A DNA stretch of 64,000 nucleotides from Fidelibacterota bacterium (lineage in GTDB: Bacteria; Fidelibacterota; UBA2242): assembly GCA_049975265.1 (NCBI GenBank), contig JBNGDF010000011.1:12705-76704 (forward strand). Direction: 5' to 3'. A program made the translations under genes and the position numbers. Below the pieces are notes generated by a model. It ran no database searches and was not told where the DNA came from. It was given only the letters and a program-made list of their open reading frames with translations. How positions within the stretch are numbered: the first letter of the stretch is position 1; each line of letters opens with the position of its first letter. Shown one piece after another: positions 44,720 through 54,438 of the stretch.

Positions 44720-46063
44720 TTGATTGAAAAAATACTGATTGCCAATCGCGGCGAAATTGCACTGAGAATTATCCGGGCTTGCAAGGAGATGGGAATCGCT
44801 ACGGTGGCTGTCTATTCGACCGCCGATTCACTTGCGCTGCATGTCCGTTTTGCCGATGAAGCGGTCTGTATCGGTCCCGCGAATAGTCAGAACAGCTACT
44901 TGAAAATGGCGAATATTATCAGTGCCGCCGAAGTGACCAACGCCGACGCCATTCACCCCGGCTATGGTTTTCTGGCGGAAAACCCTGATTTTGCCCAGAT
45001 GTGCATGGATAACGAAATTACGTTTATCGGTCCTTCGCCCGAAGTGATCCGGCGGATGGGCGACAAGGCGGAAGCAAGGGCGACCATGATCAAAGCCGGC
45101 GTACCGGTCATCCCCGGCAGCGAGGATGTAATTACCGACCTGAAACAGGCGCGCAGGATCGCCGCCGAGATTGGATACCCCGTCATTTTAAAAGCAGTTG
45201 CCGGTGGCGGTGGACGCGGGATGCGGATTGTTGCCGAAGAGAGTAAACTGGAAGAGGCTCTGGCAACCGCCCGCGAAGAGGCACGCTCTGCGTTCGGCAA
45301 TCCCGCCATGTATCTGGAAAAATTAATCGAAGATGGTCGCCACATCGAAATTCAGATACTCGGCGATAACCATGGCAATGTATGTTATTTAGGGGAGCGG
45401 GAGTGTTCCATTCAGCGTCGTCATCAGAAGCTGATCGAAGAATCACCTTCGCCGGCGGTGAATGAAGATCTGCGGGAGAAATTCGGAAAAATTGCGATTC
45501 GCGCTGCCAAAGCCGTCAATTATACCAGTGCCGGGACGGTGGAATTTCTGATGGACCGGCACCGCAATCTCTATTTTATGGAGATGAATACCCGAATTCA
45601 GGTGGAACACCCGGTTACGGAGATGGTTACGGGAATCGATTTGCTGAAGGAGCAGATTAATCTGGCGAACGGTCATAAATTGCCGCGCTGGTTGAAAAAA
45701 TTCCGGCTGCGCGGTCATGCCATCGAATGCCGCATAAACGCCGAAGACCCGTATAAAAACTTTCGACCGTCACCGGGTAGAATCACCGCCTTTCACGCCC
45801 CCGGCGGTCCCGGCACACGCATGGATACCCATGTCTATTCCGGCTATGAAATCCCATCTAATTACGACTCGCTGCTGGGCAAACTGATTACCCATGGTAC
45901 GGACCGGGACGAAGCCATAGCCCGTATGGAACGGGCGCTGGAAGAGACCATTATCGAAGGAGTTTCGACCTCAATCCCGTTTCATCGGGCGATTATCAAT
46001 GATCCGGACTTTCGCGCCGGCGATTTTCATATCAACTTCCTTAAAAATTTTAAATTCCAGTAA
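44720..46063 (+). CDS. accC: Acetyl-CoA carboxylase biotin carboxylase subunit
   Basis: [29 protein letters not shown] and [15 protein letters not shown] motifs. TTG start. Confidence 0.93.
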   Translation: MIEKILIANRGEIALRIIRACKEMGIATVAVYSTADSLALHVRFADEAVCIGPANSQNSYLKMANIISAAEVTNADAIHPGYGFLAENPDFAQMCMDNEITFIGPSPEVIRRMGDKAEARATMIKAGVPVIPGSEDVITDLKQARRIAAEIGYPVILKAVAGGGGRGMRIVAEESKLEEALATAREEARSAFGNPAMYLEKLIEDGRHIEIQILGDNHGNVCYLGERECSIQRRHQKLIEESPSPAVNEDLREKFGKIAIRAAKAVNYTSAGTVEFLMDRHRNLYFMEMNTRIQVEHPVTEMVTGIDLLKEQINLANGHKLPRWLKKFRLRGHAIECRINAEDPYKNFRPSPGRITAFHAPGGPGTRMDTHVYSGYEIPSNYDSLLGKLITHGTDRDEAIARMERALEETIIEGVSTSIPFHRAIINDPDFRAGDFHINFLKNFKFQ

Positions 46064-46087
46064 ATTCTATGACAAGGAGGAGAGTCA

Positions 46088-46462
46088 ATGAATGTACCCG
46101 AAACATTAAAGTACACCAACGATCACGAATGGGCTTTGATTGAAGGCGATATCGCCACCCTGGGGATTACAGAATATGCTGCCGGAGAACTCGGGGACGT
46201 GGTCTATGTGGAATTGCCCGAAGTGGGCAGTCAGGCGGGCAAAGGTGATTCCATCGGGACGATTGAAGCCGTTAAAACCGTTGCAGATCTCTATAGTCCG
46301 CTGTCCGGTAAAATTATTGAGGTGAATGAATCACTGAATGACAGCGCCGAGCTGATCAATCAGGACCCTTACGGCAAGGGCTGGATCGCCAAACTGAAAA
46401 TCGCCAATCCTGCTGAAATTGAGCAACTGCTCAGCGCTGACGATTATCAAAAATTGATTTGA
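46088..46462 (+). CDS. gcvH: Glycine cleavage system H protein
   Basis: 124 aa with lipoyl-lysine motif GTIEAVKTVADLYSPLSG. Confidence 0.92.
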   Translation: MNVPETLKYTNDHEWALIEGDIATLGITEYAAGELGDVVYVELPEVGSQAGKGDSIGTIEAVKTVADLYSPLSGKIIEVNESLNDSAELINQDPYGKGWIAKLKIANPAEIEQLLSADDYQKLI

Positions 46463-46467
46463 ACATT

Positions 46468-47808
46468 ATGCATTATATTCCAAACACCCGGGAAACTGAA
46501 CAGGAAATTCTACAAGCGATCGGTGTCGAAACATTTGAGGATTTACTGGTCAATATTCCGCCAAAATTTCTGAAAAAATGCCGCATCCGGTTGCCTGAAC
46601 CTCTCTCCGAAATAGAGGCGACCAGCAAGATCAGCGCCATGGCAGCAAGAAACCGCAATACTGCTGAAACGATCTCTTTTCTGGGGGGCGGTAGTTATGA
46701 TCATTTTATCCCGGCGGCGGTGGATTTTTTAATCAGCCGCTCGGAATTTTATACGGCTTATACGCCTTATCAGCCGGAGGTGGCACAGGGTACACTGCAG
46801 TCCGTTTATGAATATCAATCGATGGTCTGTCATCTTCTGGATATGGAGGTGGCGAATGCCTCGATGTATGACGGTGCGACGGCGCTGGCAGAAGCCGCTA
46901 TTCTGGCGACGGGGAAAACGGGACGTAATAAGGTTTTGGTATCGGAGCTGATCAATGCCAATTCGCTGAAAGTGCTGGAAACCTACCTGCGTACCCGGGA
47001 GATCGAAATTCAGTATCTGCCGGAATCCACTGGTCGGACGATGCTGGAGAATCTGGAGAGTCGTTTGGATGAGGATGTGGCAGCGCTGCTGGTTCAGACA
47101 CCAAATTTTCTCGGCAATATTGAAGATTTGAACGGAATTGCCGACATCCTTCACGCCAACAATTCACTGCTGATTATGTCAGTCAATCCATTGGCAGCGG
47201 TGCTGCTGCAGACGCCTGGCGAGCTGGATGCCGATATTGCCGTAGCGGAAGGGCAGCCTCTGGGATTGCATCAATCCTTTGGCGGTCCCTATCTGGGCAT
47301 TTTTGCCGCAAAAAAAGACCTCATACGAAGCATGCCTGGACGGATTGTGGGTGAGACCGTGGATGTAGATGGGAAGCGCGGTTATGTGCTGGTCCTGCAG
47401 ACCCGGGAGCAGCATATCCGGCGGGAAAAAGCCACATCCAATATCTGCACCAATCAGGGCTTAATGGCACTGACGGCGGCGATCTATATGGCTCTCATGG
47501 GGAAAAATGGTCTCAGGCAGGTCGCCGGATTGTGTCTCAAAAATGCGCATTATCTGGCGGAAAAAATCGCCGCTTTACCGAATTATTCACTGGTTTACGA
47601 ATCGCTGCCGTTTTTTAATGAGTTCGTAATTCAGACACCGGTGCCGGCAAAGCAGATTGTAGCGGCTGGTCTGGAAAATCGCTTTTTTGCCGGCATCAGC
47701 CTGGGTAAATTCCGGGAGGATTGGGAAAACCGTCTTTTGATTGCCGTCACAGAAAAACGCAGCTTGCAAGAAATGGATGATTTTATCAAATTTTTAACTA
47801 AATTTTGA
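46468..47808 (+). CDS. gcvPA: Glycine dehydrogenase (aminomethyl-transferring) subunit 1
   Basis: MHYIPNT start, then TAYTPYQPEVAQGTLQ and REQHIRREKATSNICTNQ motifs. About 446 aa. Confidence 0.9.
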   Translation: MHYIPNTRETEQEILQAIGVETFEDLLVNIPPKFLKKCRIRLPEPLSEIEATSKISAMAARNRNTAETISFLGGGSYDHFIPAAVDFLISRSEFYTAYTPYQPEVAQGTLQSVYEYQSMVCHLLDMEVANASMYDGATALAEAAILATGKTGRNKVLVSELINANSLKVLETYLRTREIEIQYLPESTGRTMLENLESRLDEDVAALLVQTPNFLGNIEDLNGIADILHANNSLLIMSVNPLAAVLLQTPGELDADIAVAEGQPLGLHQSFGGPYLGIFAAKKDLIRSMPGRIVGETVDVDGKRGYVLVLQTREQHIRREKATSNICTNQGLMALTAAIYMALMGKNGLRQVAGLCLKNAHYLAEKIAALPNYSLVYESLPFFNEFVIQTPVPAKQIVAAGLENRFFAGISLGKFREDWENRLLIAVTEKRSLQEMDDFIKFLTKF

Positions 47809-47813
47809 CCGGT

Positions 47814-48566
47814 ATGAAAGTATTCGAAAATCTAAAGGCTGCAGCGGCAAAAAGGGGCGGAGCATATTTTGTGCTCATTGATCCCGATACCCGCAAGGGA
47901 GCCGATCTGCAGGATTTTGTCAAAGAGGTTTGTGACCAGGGCGCCGATGCAATCTTAGTGGGTGGCAGTTTGATTCTCGATGCCGGTTTTCAGAGCGCCA
48001 TAGAACAGGTTTGTGAGCAGAGCAGTCTGCCGGTAATCATTTTTCCGGGGTCAGTGCAGCAGCTCTCTCCCCGTGCCGATGCGGTGTTATATCTGTCATT
48101 GATCAGCGGCAGGAATCCCTATTATCTGTTCGGGGAGCACATCATTGCGGCGCCGATGATCCGAAAACTGGGCATTGAACCGATCTCCACCGGTTATATG
48201 CTATTTGAATCGGGACGGACGACGACGGCGGAATTCATGAGCAATACTCGTCCGCTGCCGGTGGGAAAACCCGAAATCGCCATGGCGCATGCTCTGGCAG
48301 CCCAGTATATGGGGATGCAGACCGTTTATCTGGAAGCCGGCAGTGGTGCCGACCGCTCTGTTCCGGCTGATCTGGTACAGGCGATCAGTCACTACATTGA
48401 TATTCCGGTGATCGTTGGGGGCGGGATTCGTACACCCGATGATGCCCGTTCGAAAATCGAAGCCGGGGCAACCTTTATTGTCACCGGAAATATTTACGAC
48501 AATTCCGATAATATTAAACGTATCAATGAGTTTGCCCGGGCTGTTCATATTAAGGAAAATCCCTAG
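47814..48566 (+). CDS. Geranylgeranylglyceryl phosphate synthase family protein (GGGPS/PcrB)
   Basis: FVLIDPD, VGGS, IFPGS, SGRNPYYL, YLEAGSGA and VGGGIR motifs characteristic of the (hepta/geranylgeranyl)prenylglyceryl phosphate synthase TIM-barrel family. Confidence 0.8.
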   Translation: MKVFENLKAAAAKRGGAYFVLIDPDTRKGADLQDFVKEVCDQGADAILVGGSLILDAGFQSAIEQVCEQSSLPVIIFPGSVQQLSPRADAVLYLSLISGRNPYYLFGEHIIAAPMIRKLGIEPISTGYMLFESGRTTTAEFMSNTRPLPVGKPEIAMAHALAAQYMGMQTVYLEAGSGADRSVPADLVQAISHYIDIPVIVGGGIRTPDDARSKIEAGATFIVTGNIYDNSDNIKRINEFARAVHIKENP

Positions 48567-49168
48567 TGTCAATACCCATTTCCCGGGACTCGATTCGATC
48601 CGTTATTGATAATCAACTCCTCGAAAGCGCTCAAATAAAAGAGAAATTGCGCGTGGAATGTTCGGAGAACATAGCCGCTGTAATTGAACTATTGATTGAA
48701 ACCGTCGCCCGGGGTGGTAAAATTTTACTGTGCGGGAATGGCGGCAGTGCGGCGGACGCCCAGCATATCGAAGCCGAACTGGTTGCCCGATTGAAAAAAG
48801 AGCGCCGGGCGATTCCGGCAATCGCCCTGACAACGAACAGCTCGACACTGACGGCTCTGGCGAACGACTACGATTTTTCCAGAATCTTTGTCCGGCAGGT
48901 GGAAGCCTTCGGTGCCACTGATGATGTCCTGATCGGCATCAGCACCAGCGGGAACTCTCAAAATATCATAGCCGCGCTGAAATATGCCGCCCAAAAAGGG
49001 CTGAAAACCATCGCACTGACCGGCGGTGACGGCGGTGCAATGACGGCAATTGCTGACCTCAGTGTGGTGGTACCATCGAAGAATACCCAGCGGATTCAGG
49101 AATGTCACATCGCCATTGCGCATATTATCTGCGACATGCTGGAGGAATCGGTCACTCAAAGCGAATGA
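48566..49168 (+). CDS. gmhA: D-sedoheptulose 7-phosphate isomerase (SIS domain)
   Basis: LLCGNGGSAADAQHIEAELV and ISTSGNSQNI motifs. The GTG start overlaps the upstream stop by 1 nt. Confidence 0.85.
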   Translation: MSIPISRDSIRSVIDNQLLESAQIKEKLRVECSENIAAVIELLIETVARGGKILLCGNGGSAADAQHIEAELVARLKKERRAIPAIALTTNSSTLTALANDYDFSRIFVRQVEAFGATDDVLIGISTSGNSQNIIAALKYAAQKGLKTIALTGGDGGAMTAIADLSVVVPSKNTQRIQECHIAIAHIICDMLEESVTQSE

Positions 49169-49183
49169 TAAGCAATTCTGTGA

Positions 49184-50077
49184 ATGCAATATTTAATTCA
49201 AGATTTTATCAATTATCTTACCATAGAACGGCATCTGTCCGGCAATACTCTCGACGCTTACCGGAATGACCTGGAGCGGTATTGTCAATATCTCCAGGAT
49301 GAAAATATTCATCAGCCGAATCAGATCGATATCGCTGTTATTCAGAAATTTATCAGCACCCTGGCGGAAATCGGGCTGGCAGCCAGCAGCCTCGCCCGGA
49401 ACTTTTCCTCGATTCGGTCTTTTCATAGATTCCTGATGGGCGAGAATATTGTCCAGACGAATCCCACCGATCTGCTGCAATCACCGCGTCTGCCGGCGAA
49501 ATTACCCAAAGTCCTGGACCTGAGTGAAATCGAAGCAATTCTGGCTGCGATTGATATTAACACCAACAAAGGTATCCGTGACCGGGCGATTATTGAGACC
49601 CTGTATTCCACCGGTGTGCGGGTTTCGGAATTGATTACCCTGGAAATGAGTAATATTTTTTTTCAGCATAATGTCATTCGTGTTTTCGGAAAAGGTTCCA
49701 AGGAACGGATTGTCCCTTTCGGCGACCGGGCGAAACGGTATCTCAAACAATATATTACGGCGGTTCGTTCATTGCTGCTGCGTCATTTCCGCAGCGGTGA
49801 TGTGCTTTTTCTGAATATGCGCGGTGCGCCGCTGTCACGCATGGGAGTCTGGAAAATTATCCAGGAATATGTCAAAGCCGCCGGTATCAAAAAACATATC
49901 AGCCCGCATGTTTTCCGGCACTCCTTTGCAACGCACCTGCTGGAGGGTGGCGCCAATCTGCGGGCGGTTCAGGAAATGCTGGGTCACTCCGATATTTCGA
50001 CGACGCAAATTTATACGCATCTGGACCGGGAATACCTACTTGAACAACACCGAACCTTTCACCCGAGGTGGCAATGA
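49184..50077 (+). CDS. xerD: Tyrosine recombinase XerC/XerD
   Basis: N-terminal SAM-like core-binding domain. C-terminal catalytic RHSFATHLLEGGANLRAVQEMLGHSDISTTQIYTH. Confidence 0.88.
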   Translation: MQYLIQDFINYLTIERHLSGNTLDAYRNDLERYCQYLQDENIHQPNQIDIAVIQKFISTLAEIGLAASSLARNFSSIRSFHRFLMGENIVQTNPTDLLQSPRLPAKLPKVLDLSEIEAILAAIDINTNKGIRDRAIIETLYSTGVRVSELITLEMSNIFFQHNVIRVFGKGSKERIVPFGDRAKRYLKQYITAVRSLLLRHFRSGDVLFLNMRGAPLSRMGVWKIIQEYVKAAGIKKHISPHVFRHSFATHLLEGGANLRAVQEMLGHSDISTTQIYTHLDREYLLEQHRTFHPRWQ

Positions 50078-50709
50078 ACCTGCAATACATCATCCTGCTC
50101 GCTCCGCCGATCTTACTGGCGCTGAGTTTTCACGAATTTTCCCACGGCTGGATGGCAAATAAACTGGGCGACCCGACGGCGAAATTAGCTGGCAGGCTTT
50201 CCATGAATCCGCTGGTGCACCTCGATCCCATCGGGACCCTGATGATTTTTCTGGTACGTTTCGGGTGGGCTCGACCGGTGCCGGTGGATCCCCGCTATTT
50301 CAGTCAGCCGAAACGGGATATGCTGCTGGTTTCGGTTGCCGGACCGGGGGCGAACATGATATTGGCACTCCTCAGCGGTCTGTTATTGCGCCTGTTTCAC
50401 GGCGGTGTTTTTGATTTTTTCCCCGATAATGTCCTGCAACCGCTCTATTTGATGGTCAAATTCAGTCTTCAGATCAATCTGGCGCTGGCGATTTTTAATC
50501 TGCTGCCGATTCCGCCGCTGGACGGGTCGAAGATTCTCTATGGGATTCTGCCGCCGCAATATGACCACGTTTTCTATAGTCTGGAACGCTACGGCGGTTT
50601 TATCCTGATGGGCTTGATTCTGTTCGGGATGTTGTCTGGAATTTCGATTCTGGGGGCCTTTATCTACCCCTTTGTAAATTTCTTTTCCGGGATCTTCGGA
50701 GGTGTGTGA
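50074..50709 (+). CDS. Site-2 protease family (M50) membrane metalloprotease
   Basis: HEFSHG (HExxH) inside a TM segment and a later NLLPIPPLDG motif. The ATG at 50074 overlaps the xerD stop (ATGA). Confidence 0.85.
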   Translation: MNLQYIILLAPPILLALSFHEFSHGWMANKLGDPTAKLAGRLSMNPLVHLDPIGTLMIFLVRFGWARPVPVDPRYFSQPKRDMLLVSVAGPGANMILALLSGLLLRLFHGGVFDFFPDNVLQPLYLMVKFSLQINLALAIFNLLPIPPLDGSKILYGILPPQYDHVFYSLERYGGFILMGLILFGMLSGISILGAFIYPFVNFFSGIFGGV

Positions 50710-50894
50710 TGAGACAGCATCAAAGACGTCCGTTCTCTGTTCGTCGGGATGAGCGGGAAGGCGATGAAAGGCGCATCCATTTTCAGCGGATCAGCCATAA
50801 TCCCAGGAAAATGGTACGCCGACCCTTCTGGTGGTTGTTGGTCCTGTTGCTGGTTGTCATTGTGGTTTTGTTGTATTTAAATAATATTCGATAA
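50709..50894 (+). CDS. Small hypothetical protein with basic N-terminus and single C-terminal TM helix
   Basis: The ATG overlaps the upstream stop (TGATG). FWWLLVLLLVVIVVLLYL is a hydrophobic segment. No recognisable family. Confidence 0.45.
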   Translation: MRQHQRRPFSVRRDEREGDERRIHFQRISHNPRKMVRRPFWWLLVLLLVVIVVLLYLNNIR

Positions 50895-50910
50895 AGGAAG
50901 AGGTTTGGCA

Positions 50911-52590
50911 ATGCCGGAAATTATTGAATGTGTTCCGAATTTCAGTGAAGGTCGTGATCTGAATGTGATCAACGCCATTACCGCAGCGATTCAAGCGGAA
51001 GCTGAGGTCAAATTGTTGGATGTGGACCCCGGCGCCGACACGAACCGGACGGTGGTGACATTCATCGGCACCAACGCGGGTATCCTGAACGGTGCCTTTG
51101 CCGGAATTGCCAAAGCGGCGGAGCTGATTGATATGCGCAGCCACAGCGGTGCCCATCCCCGTCTGGGCGCGACCGATGTCTGTCCGCTGGTACCCATTTC
51201 CGGAATCAGCGAAGAGGAATGTATTCAGCTCTCCCATGCATTGGCAAAAAAGGTAGGCGAAGAGTTGCATATCCCGGTCTATCTTTATGAAAAATCGGCA
51301 CAGGCGGAAAATCGTCGCAACCTGGCGGACATCCGTGCCGGAGAATATGAGGGGCTCGCCGAGAAGTTGCAGCATCCCGACTGGCAGCCCGATTACGGAG
51401 ATGCCAAATTTAATGCCAAATCCGGTGCAACGGTGATCGGCGTACGTGAATTTTTAATTGCTTATAATGTTAATCTGAACACCACCGACCGCCGAACTGC
51501 CAGCGATATTGCCCTGACGATTCGTGAAAAGGGGCGGCTTAAACGGGATCGGAACGGCACGATTCTGAGAGATGAAAATGGTATCGCACTGCGGCAACCC
51601 GGTTTGCTGAAAGAGGTCAAGGCGGTAGGCTGGTATATCGATGAATACAAAATGGCGCAGGTTTCGATTAATCTGACAAATTATAAAATTACACCGCCTC
51701 ATGTCGTCTTCGAGACAATCCGGAAATTGGCGGGTGAGAAAGGCTTGCGCGTGACCGGTTCGGAACTGGTGGGTTTGATTCCGTTGGAAGCGATGCTGAT
51801 GGCGGGACGATATTACCTTGAGGCTCAGGGCAAATGTCAGGGTGTCCCCGAGGAATCGCTGATTCGGACGGCGGTTCAATCGCTGGGGCTGAACGATGTC
51901 TCTGAATTTGATCCCCGGAAAAAGATTATCGAATATCAAATTAAGGAGTTTGAAAAGTCGCTGGTGGAGCTGAATCTGCGTGGATTTGCCGATGAGCTCT
52001 CCGCCGATTCCCCGGCACCCGGAGGCGGCAGCGTGGCGGCTCTGAGTGGTGCTCTGGCTGCCGGTTTGACGGCAATGGTCGCCAATCTGACCCATGGCAA
52101 AAAGGGTTATGAGCGTCACAACCGAAAGATGAATGATACTGCAATTCAGGCACAGCGGCTGAAGGATGAACTGCTCCGTCTGGTAGACCTTGATACGGCG
52201 GCGTTTAACAAGGTCATGGACTGTTTTCGGTTGCCCAAAAAAACCGACGAGGAAAAGCAAAAGCGGGAAGCCGCTATTCAGGCAGCGACGAAAAACGCCG
52301 CCGATGTGCCCCTGCAGGTGATGCAAACTGCTTTGAAAATACTCGAATTAACCGAGATCGTTGTGAAGTTCGGGAATAAGAACTCCATCAGTGATGCCGG
52401 GGTGGCTGCCCTGGCTGCCGATACGGCGATCAGGGGCGCCGGGCTGAATGTGTTGATCAATCTGGCTGCTCTCGAAGACCGCTGGTATGTGGAGCATACA
52501 AAAGAGCAGGTTGCCCGAATAAAAGCGAAATGTCAACAATCTGTTCGGCGGATTATTAACCGGGTCGAAAAGACCATTTTCGGTATGTAG
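50911..52590 (+). CDS. Bifunctional glutamate formimidoyltransferase / formimidoyltetrahydrofolate cyclodeaminase (FTCD-like fusion)
   Basis: N-terminal IECVPNFSEGR formiminotransferase signature. The C-terminal ~200 aa carry the cyclodeaminase motif PAPGGGSVAALSGALAAGL. Confidence 0.85.
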   Translation: MPEIIECVPNFSEGRDLNVINAITAAIQAEAEVKLLDVDPGADTNRTVVTFIGTNAGILNGAFAGIAKAAELIDMRSHSGAHPRLGATDVCPLVPISGISEEECIQLSHALAKKVGEELHIPVYLYEKSAQAENRRNLADIRAGEYEGLAEKLQHPDWQPDYGDAKFNAKSGATVIGVREFLIAYNVNLNTTDRRTASDIALTIREKGRLKRDRNGTILRDENGIALRQPGLLKEVKAVGWYIDEYKMAQVSINLTNYKITPPHVVFETIRKLAGEKGLRVTGSELVGLIPLEAMLMAGRYYLEAQGKCQGVPEESLIRTAVQSLGLNDVSEFDPRKKIIEYQIKEFEKSLVELNLRGFADELSADSPAPGGGSVAALSGALAAGLTAMVANLTHGKKGYERHNRKMNDTAIQAQRLKDELLRLVDLDTAAFNKVMDCFRLPKKTDEEKQKREAAIQAATKNAADVPLQVMQTALKILELTEIVVKFGNKNSISDAGVAALAADTAIRGAGLNVLINLAALEDRWYVEHTKEQVARIKAKCQQSVRRIINRVEKTIFGM

Positions 52591-52593
52591 TCC

Positions 52594-54435
52594 ATGTCCA
52601 AAATTAAAATTCTGTCTGACCAACTCACGAATAAAATTGCTGCAGGAGAGGTGGTACAGCGACCGGCGTCGCTGGTTAAAGAGCTGGTGGAAAACAGCCT
52701 CGATGCCGATGCTAGTGAGATTACAGTGGTGATCAAAAACGGTGGCAGAACACTCTGTCAGGTCGTGGATAACGGCGAGGGAATGAGTAAGGATGATCTG
52801 CTGCTGGCTTTTGAGCGCTATGCCACCAGCAAGATTGCCACGGCGGAAGATTTGATGGGAATCCGTACTCTGGGGTTCCGGGGCGAGGCGCTGGCAAGTA
52901 TTGCGGCAGTCTCCATTGTGAAAGCGGTCAGTGCCGAAAAAGGAGCGGACAGCGGCTACGAGCTGCGGATTGAAGGTGGTAGTTTCCGGGAAATTAAGCC
53001 GGTCGCTGCTCTGCCCGGGACGAATATATCCGTAAAAAACCTATTTTACAATGTCCCGGCACGGCGCAAATTTCTGAAGAGCCGGGAGGTGGAGTTCCGC
53101 CACATTATCGACATTATCCGGAAATTCTCCATGATTCACCCGCAGGTTCAGTTTATTCTGGTTCATAATGATAGGGAGGTTCTCCGGTTACGTCCGGAAA
53201 CACTGTTGGATCGGATCGTTAATCTCTATTCCAGGGAATATCGGGAAAATTTGATTAAAATCAACGAATCCCGGAATGGCGTGAAACTGTCGGGATATAT
53301 TGGCAATCTGAATCTGGTCCGTGCCCGACGCGGCGATCAGTATCTTTTTGTCAATCAACGTTTCATCAGCGACCGTCTGATGAATTATGCCATCAGCTCC
53401 GCCTATTCGAGTCTGATCAGCCGCAGCGAGTACCCCTTTTACTGCCTGCATCTGGAGTTGGAGCCGACAATGGTGGATGTGAATGTGCATCCAACCAAGA
53501 TGGAGGTCAAATTTCGGGAGCAAAACCGGATATACCGGTTTCTGGAGGAGAGTGTCAGAGCGGGTCTGCAGGAGATTATGCACGTGATTCCGGACCTGAC
53601 CCGTTTTGCGCCGGAGCATTACTACTCATCGGGACCGGTGGTAAAGCAGGCGGATCGTCCTGAACGTGAACCGGTATCCGGTCAGGACAGTGAGAAACGG
53701 CAGCTGACACAGTCCGAGGATGAATTCTCCGCTGTGTCCGGGATTCAGACAGATCGGCAAACCGAGATTCGACTTCCGTCCGTCCGCCGGAATACCGACG
53801 AGCAGTGGTCTGACAGAGCAAAGAGGTTTATCGAGCAGGGCTTGCCGGAATCGCAGACCGACTATCGCCCCGATGTTCCACTGTATCAATTGCATCATAA
53901 ATATATCATTACTCAGGTGAAATCGGGATTGGTGATCATTGACCAGCATGTGGCGCATGAACGAATTTTGTATGAGAATGCCATCCGGGCTATGTCGGAA
54001 CACCCCTGGAGGGCACAGCAGCTGCTTTTTCCCGAAATCATCGAACTGTCGGTTACCGATTTTTCCCTGCTGCTGGAGGTCCTGCCTTTTCTTGAGAAAA
54101 TCGGTTTCAGTTTGCGGGAATTCGGGAAGAACACGGTTGCTCTCGAAGCGGTTCCAGCCGGTATGACCTGGGGTCATGAATCCACGATTATTAAAGATAT
54201 CCTGGACCATTATCAGGAGTACGGCACCAAGGATGCCAGCATTCAGCACAAAGTAGCGGCTTCCTATTCCTGCAAGGCGGCGATCAAATCCGGCGATAAA
54301 CTGACTCAGGAAGAGATGCGCAACCTGGTTGACAATCTATTCGCCACCGAAAATCCCTATTTCTGTCCGCACGGACGCCCGATCATCGTCAATTTGACTC
54401 TGAAAGAGCTGGATAAACGGTTTGAAAGGATTTAA
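52594..54435 (+). CDS. mutL: DNA mismatch repair protein MutL (endonuclease-type)
   Basis: GHKL N-terminus IAAGEVVQRPASLVKELVENSLDA. C-terminal DQHVAHERILYE endonuclease motif and FCPHGRP. Confidence 0.93.
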   Translation: MSKIKILSDQLTNKIAAGEVVQRPASLVKELVENSLDADASEITVVIKNGGRTLCQVVDNGEGMSKDDLLLAFERYATSKIATAEDLMGIRTLGFRGEALASIAAVSIVKAVSAEKGADSGYELRIEGGSFREIKPVAALPGTNISVKNLFYNVPARRKFLKSREVEFRHIIDIIRKFSMIHPQVQFILVHNDREVLRLRPETLLDRIVNLYSREYRENLIKINESRNGVKLSGYIGNLNLVRARRGDQYLFVNQRFISDRLMNYAISSAYSSLISRSEYPFYCLHLELEPTMVDVNVHPTKMEVKFREQNRIYRFLEESVRAGLQEIMHVIPDLTRFAPEHYYSSGPVVKQADRPEREPVSGQDSEKRQLTQSEDEFSAVSGIQTDRQTEIRLPSVRRNTDEQWSDRAKRFIEQGLPESQTDYRPDVPLYQLHHKYIITQVKSGLVIIDQHVAHERILYENAIRAMSEHPWRAQQLLFPEIIELSVTDFSLLLEVLPFLEKIGFSLREFGKNTVALEAVPAGMTWGHESTIIKDILDHYQEYGTKDASIQHKVAASYSCKAAIKSGDKLTQEEMRNLVDNLFATENPYFCPHGRPIIVNLTLKELDKRFERI

Positions 54436-54438
54436 CTA

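Noticed and set aside
49184-50077. Tyrosine recombinase as a possible marker of an integrated mobile element.
   Set aside because: The sequence and length are typical of chromosomal XerC/XerD. It is translationally coupled to housekeeping genes on both sides. There is no adjacent tRNA, direct repeat or phage/transposon gene.
51454-52326. 290-aa ORF antisense to the FTCD gene.
   Set aside because: This is a shadow ORF. The sense strand carries both conserved FTCD domain signatures.
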